Positions 63,477-64,000 of a stretch of DNA of 64,000 nt are shown here, piece after piece; the first letter of the stretch is position 1, and each line of letters opens with the position of its first letter. Below the pieces are notes generated by a model. That model had not been told where the DNA came from. It worked only from the letters and a program-made list of their open reading frames with translations, and made no database searches. Source of the DNA: Eledone cirrhosa (taxonomy: Eukaryota); the NCBI GenBank assembly GCA_964016885.1, contig OZ024743.1, positions 262,570,001 to 262,634,000 of the forward strand, given 5' to 3'. The translations under genes were made by a program, and so were the position numbers.

Positions 63477-63705
63477 TGGATTGGCAGTATTGGTAGAGCG
63501 TCAGACACCCTGCTTCATGGCATATAGTTATGGTCCTTTATGTTTTGAGTTCAAATCCTACCGAGGTTAACTTTGCCATTCATCCTTATGGAGTCGATAA
63601 AATAAAGTACCAGTATCGCACTGGGGTCGATTTAATCAACTTTTTCGCTTCCCTTCAAATTGCTGGCCTTGTGCCTAAATCAGAAATCATTATTATTATT
63701 ATTAT
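63477..63705 (+). mobile_element. S1 SINE
   Basis: Head, B box, centre and (ATT)n tail. Confidence 0.88.
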
Positions 63706-63875
63706 TTGCTATCTTAAAGATTATTACATTGGTGTATGTATATGGTGACAGAGAGAGAGAGAGAGGGTGATAGGTAGATAGACAGAGAGAGAGAGAGAGA
63801 CACACACACAAACAAAAAGAGACCAAAAGATAGACAGTTGGACAAAAATAAAGAGGAACAATATTTGATAAAATA

Positions 63876-63938
63876 TCTTCTTCTTCTTCTTCTTCTTCTT
63901 CTTCTTCTTCTTCTTCTTCTTCTTCTTCTTCTTCTTCC
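63876..63938. repeat. (TTC)n microsatellite
   Basis: Perfect run. Confidence 0.97.
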
Positions 63939-64000
63939 TTCAAGTTTTATTTTTTTAAAACAACTTGTACATATAATCAATATGATTTAAAAAATTAGTC

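Overview
AT-rich eukaryotic (animal) DNA, intergenic or intronic, made almost entirely of transposon debris and simple repeats. The SINE families look like those I recall from octopod cephalopods; this is inference and was not searched. No host protein-coding gene could be supported. The centrepiece is one full-length RTE-clade LINE (11381-15161, minus) with an uninterrupted 1076-aa APE-endonuclease/reverse-transcriptase ORF. Unusually, it carries a complete C4HC3 PHD-type zinc finger inside the RT domain, and the finger is retained in three other copies here. The window holds many more truncated copies of this RTE group, and they repeatedly sit in (TA)n microsatellites. Their 3' ends fold into stem-loops with compensatory base changes and are shared with CORE-type SINEs. 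Also present: Penelope-like remnants with minimal hammerhead ribozymes (one with a perfect core at 11078-11122), Expander/Rex3-like RTE and CR1 fragments, decayed Merlin and hAT transposases, mariner/hAT/piggyBac-type MITEs, several foldback elements, and minisatellites, two of which derive from retroposon 3' ends. Boundaries of degenerate repeats were read by eye and are approximate.
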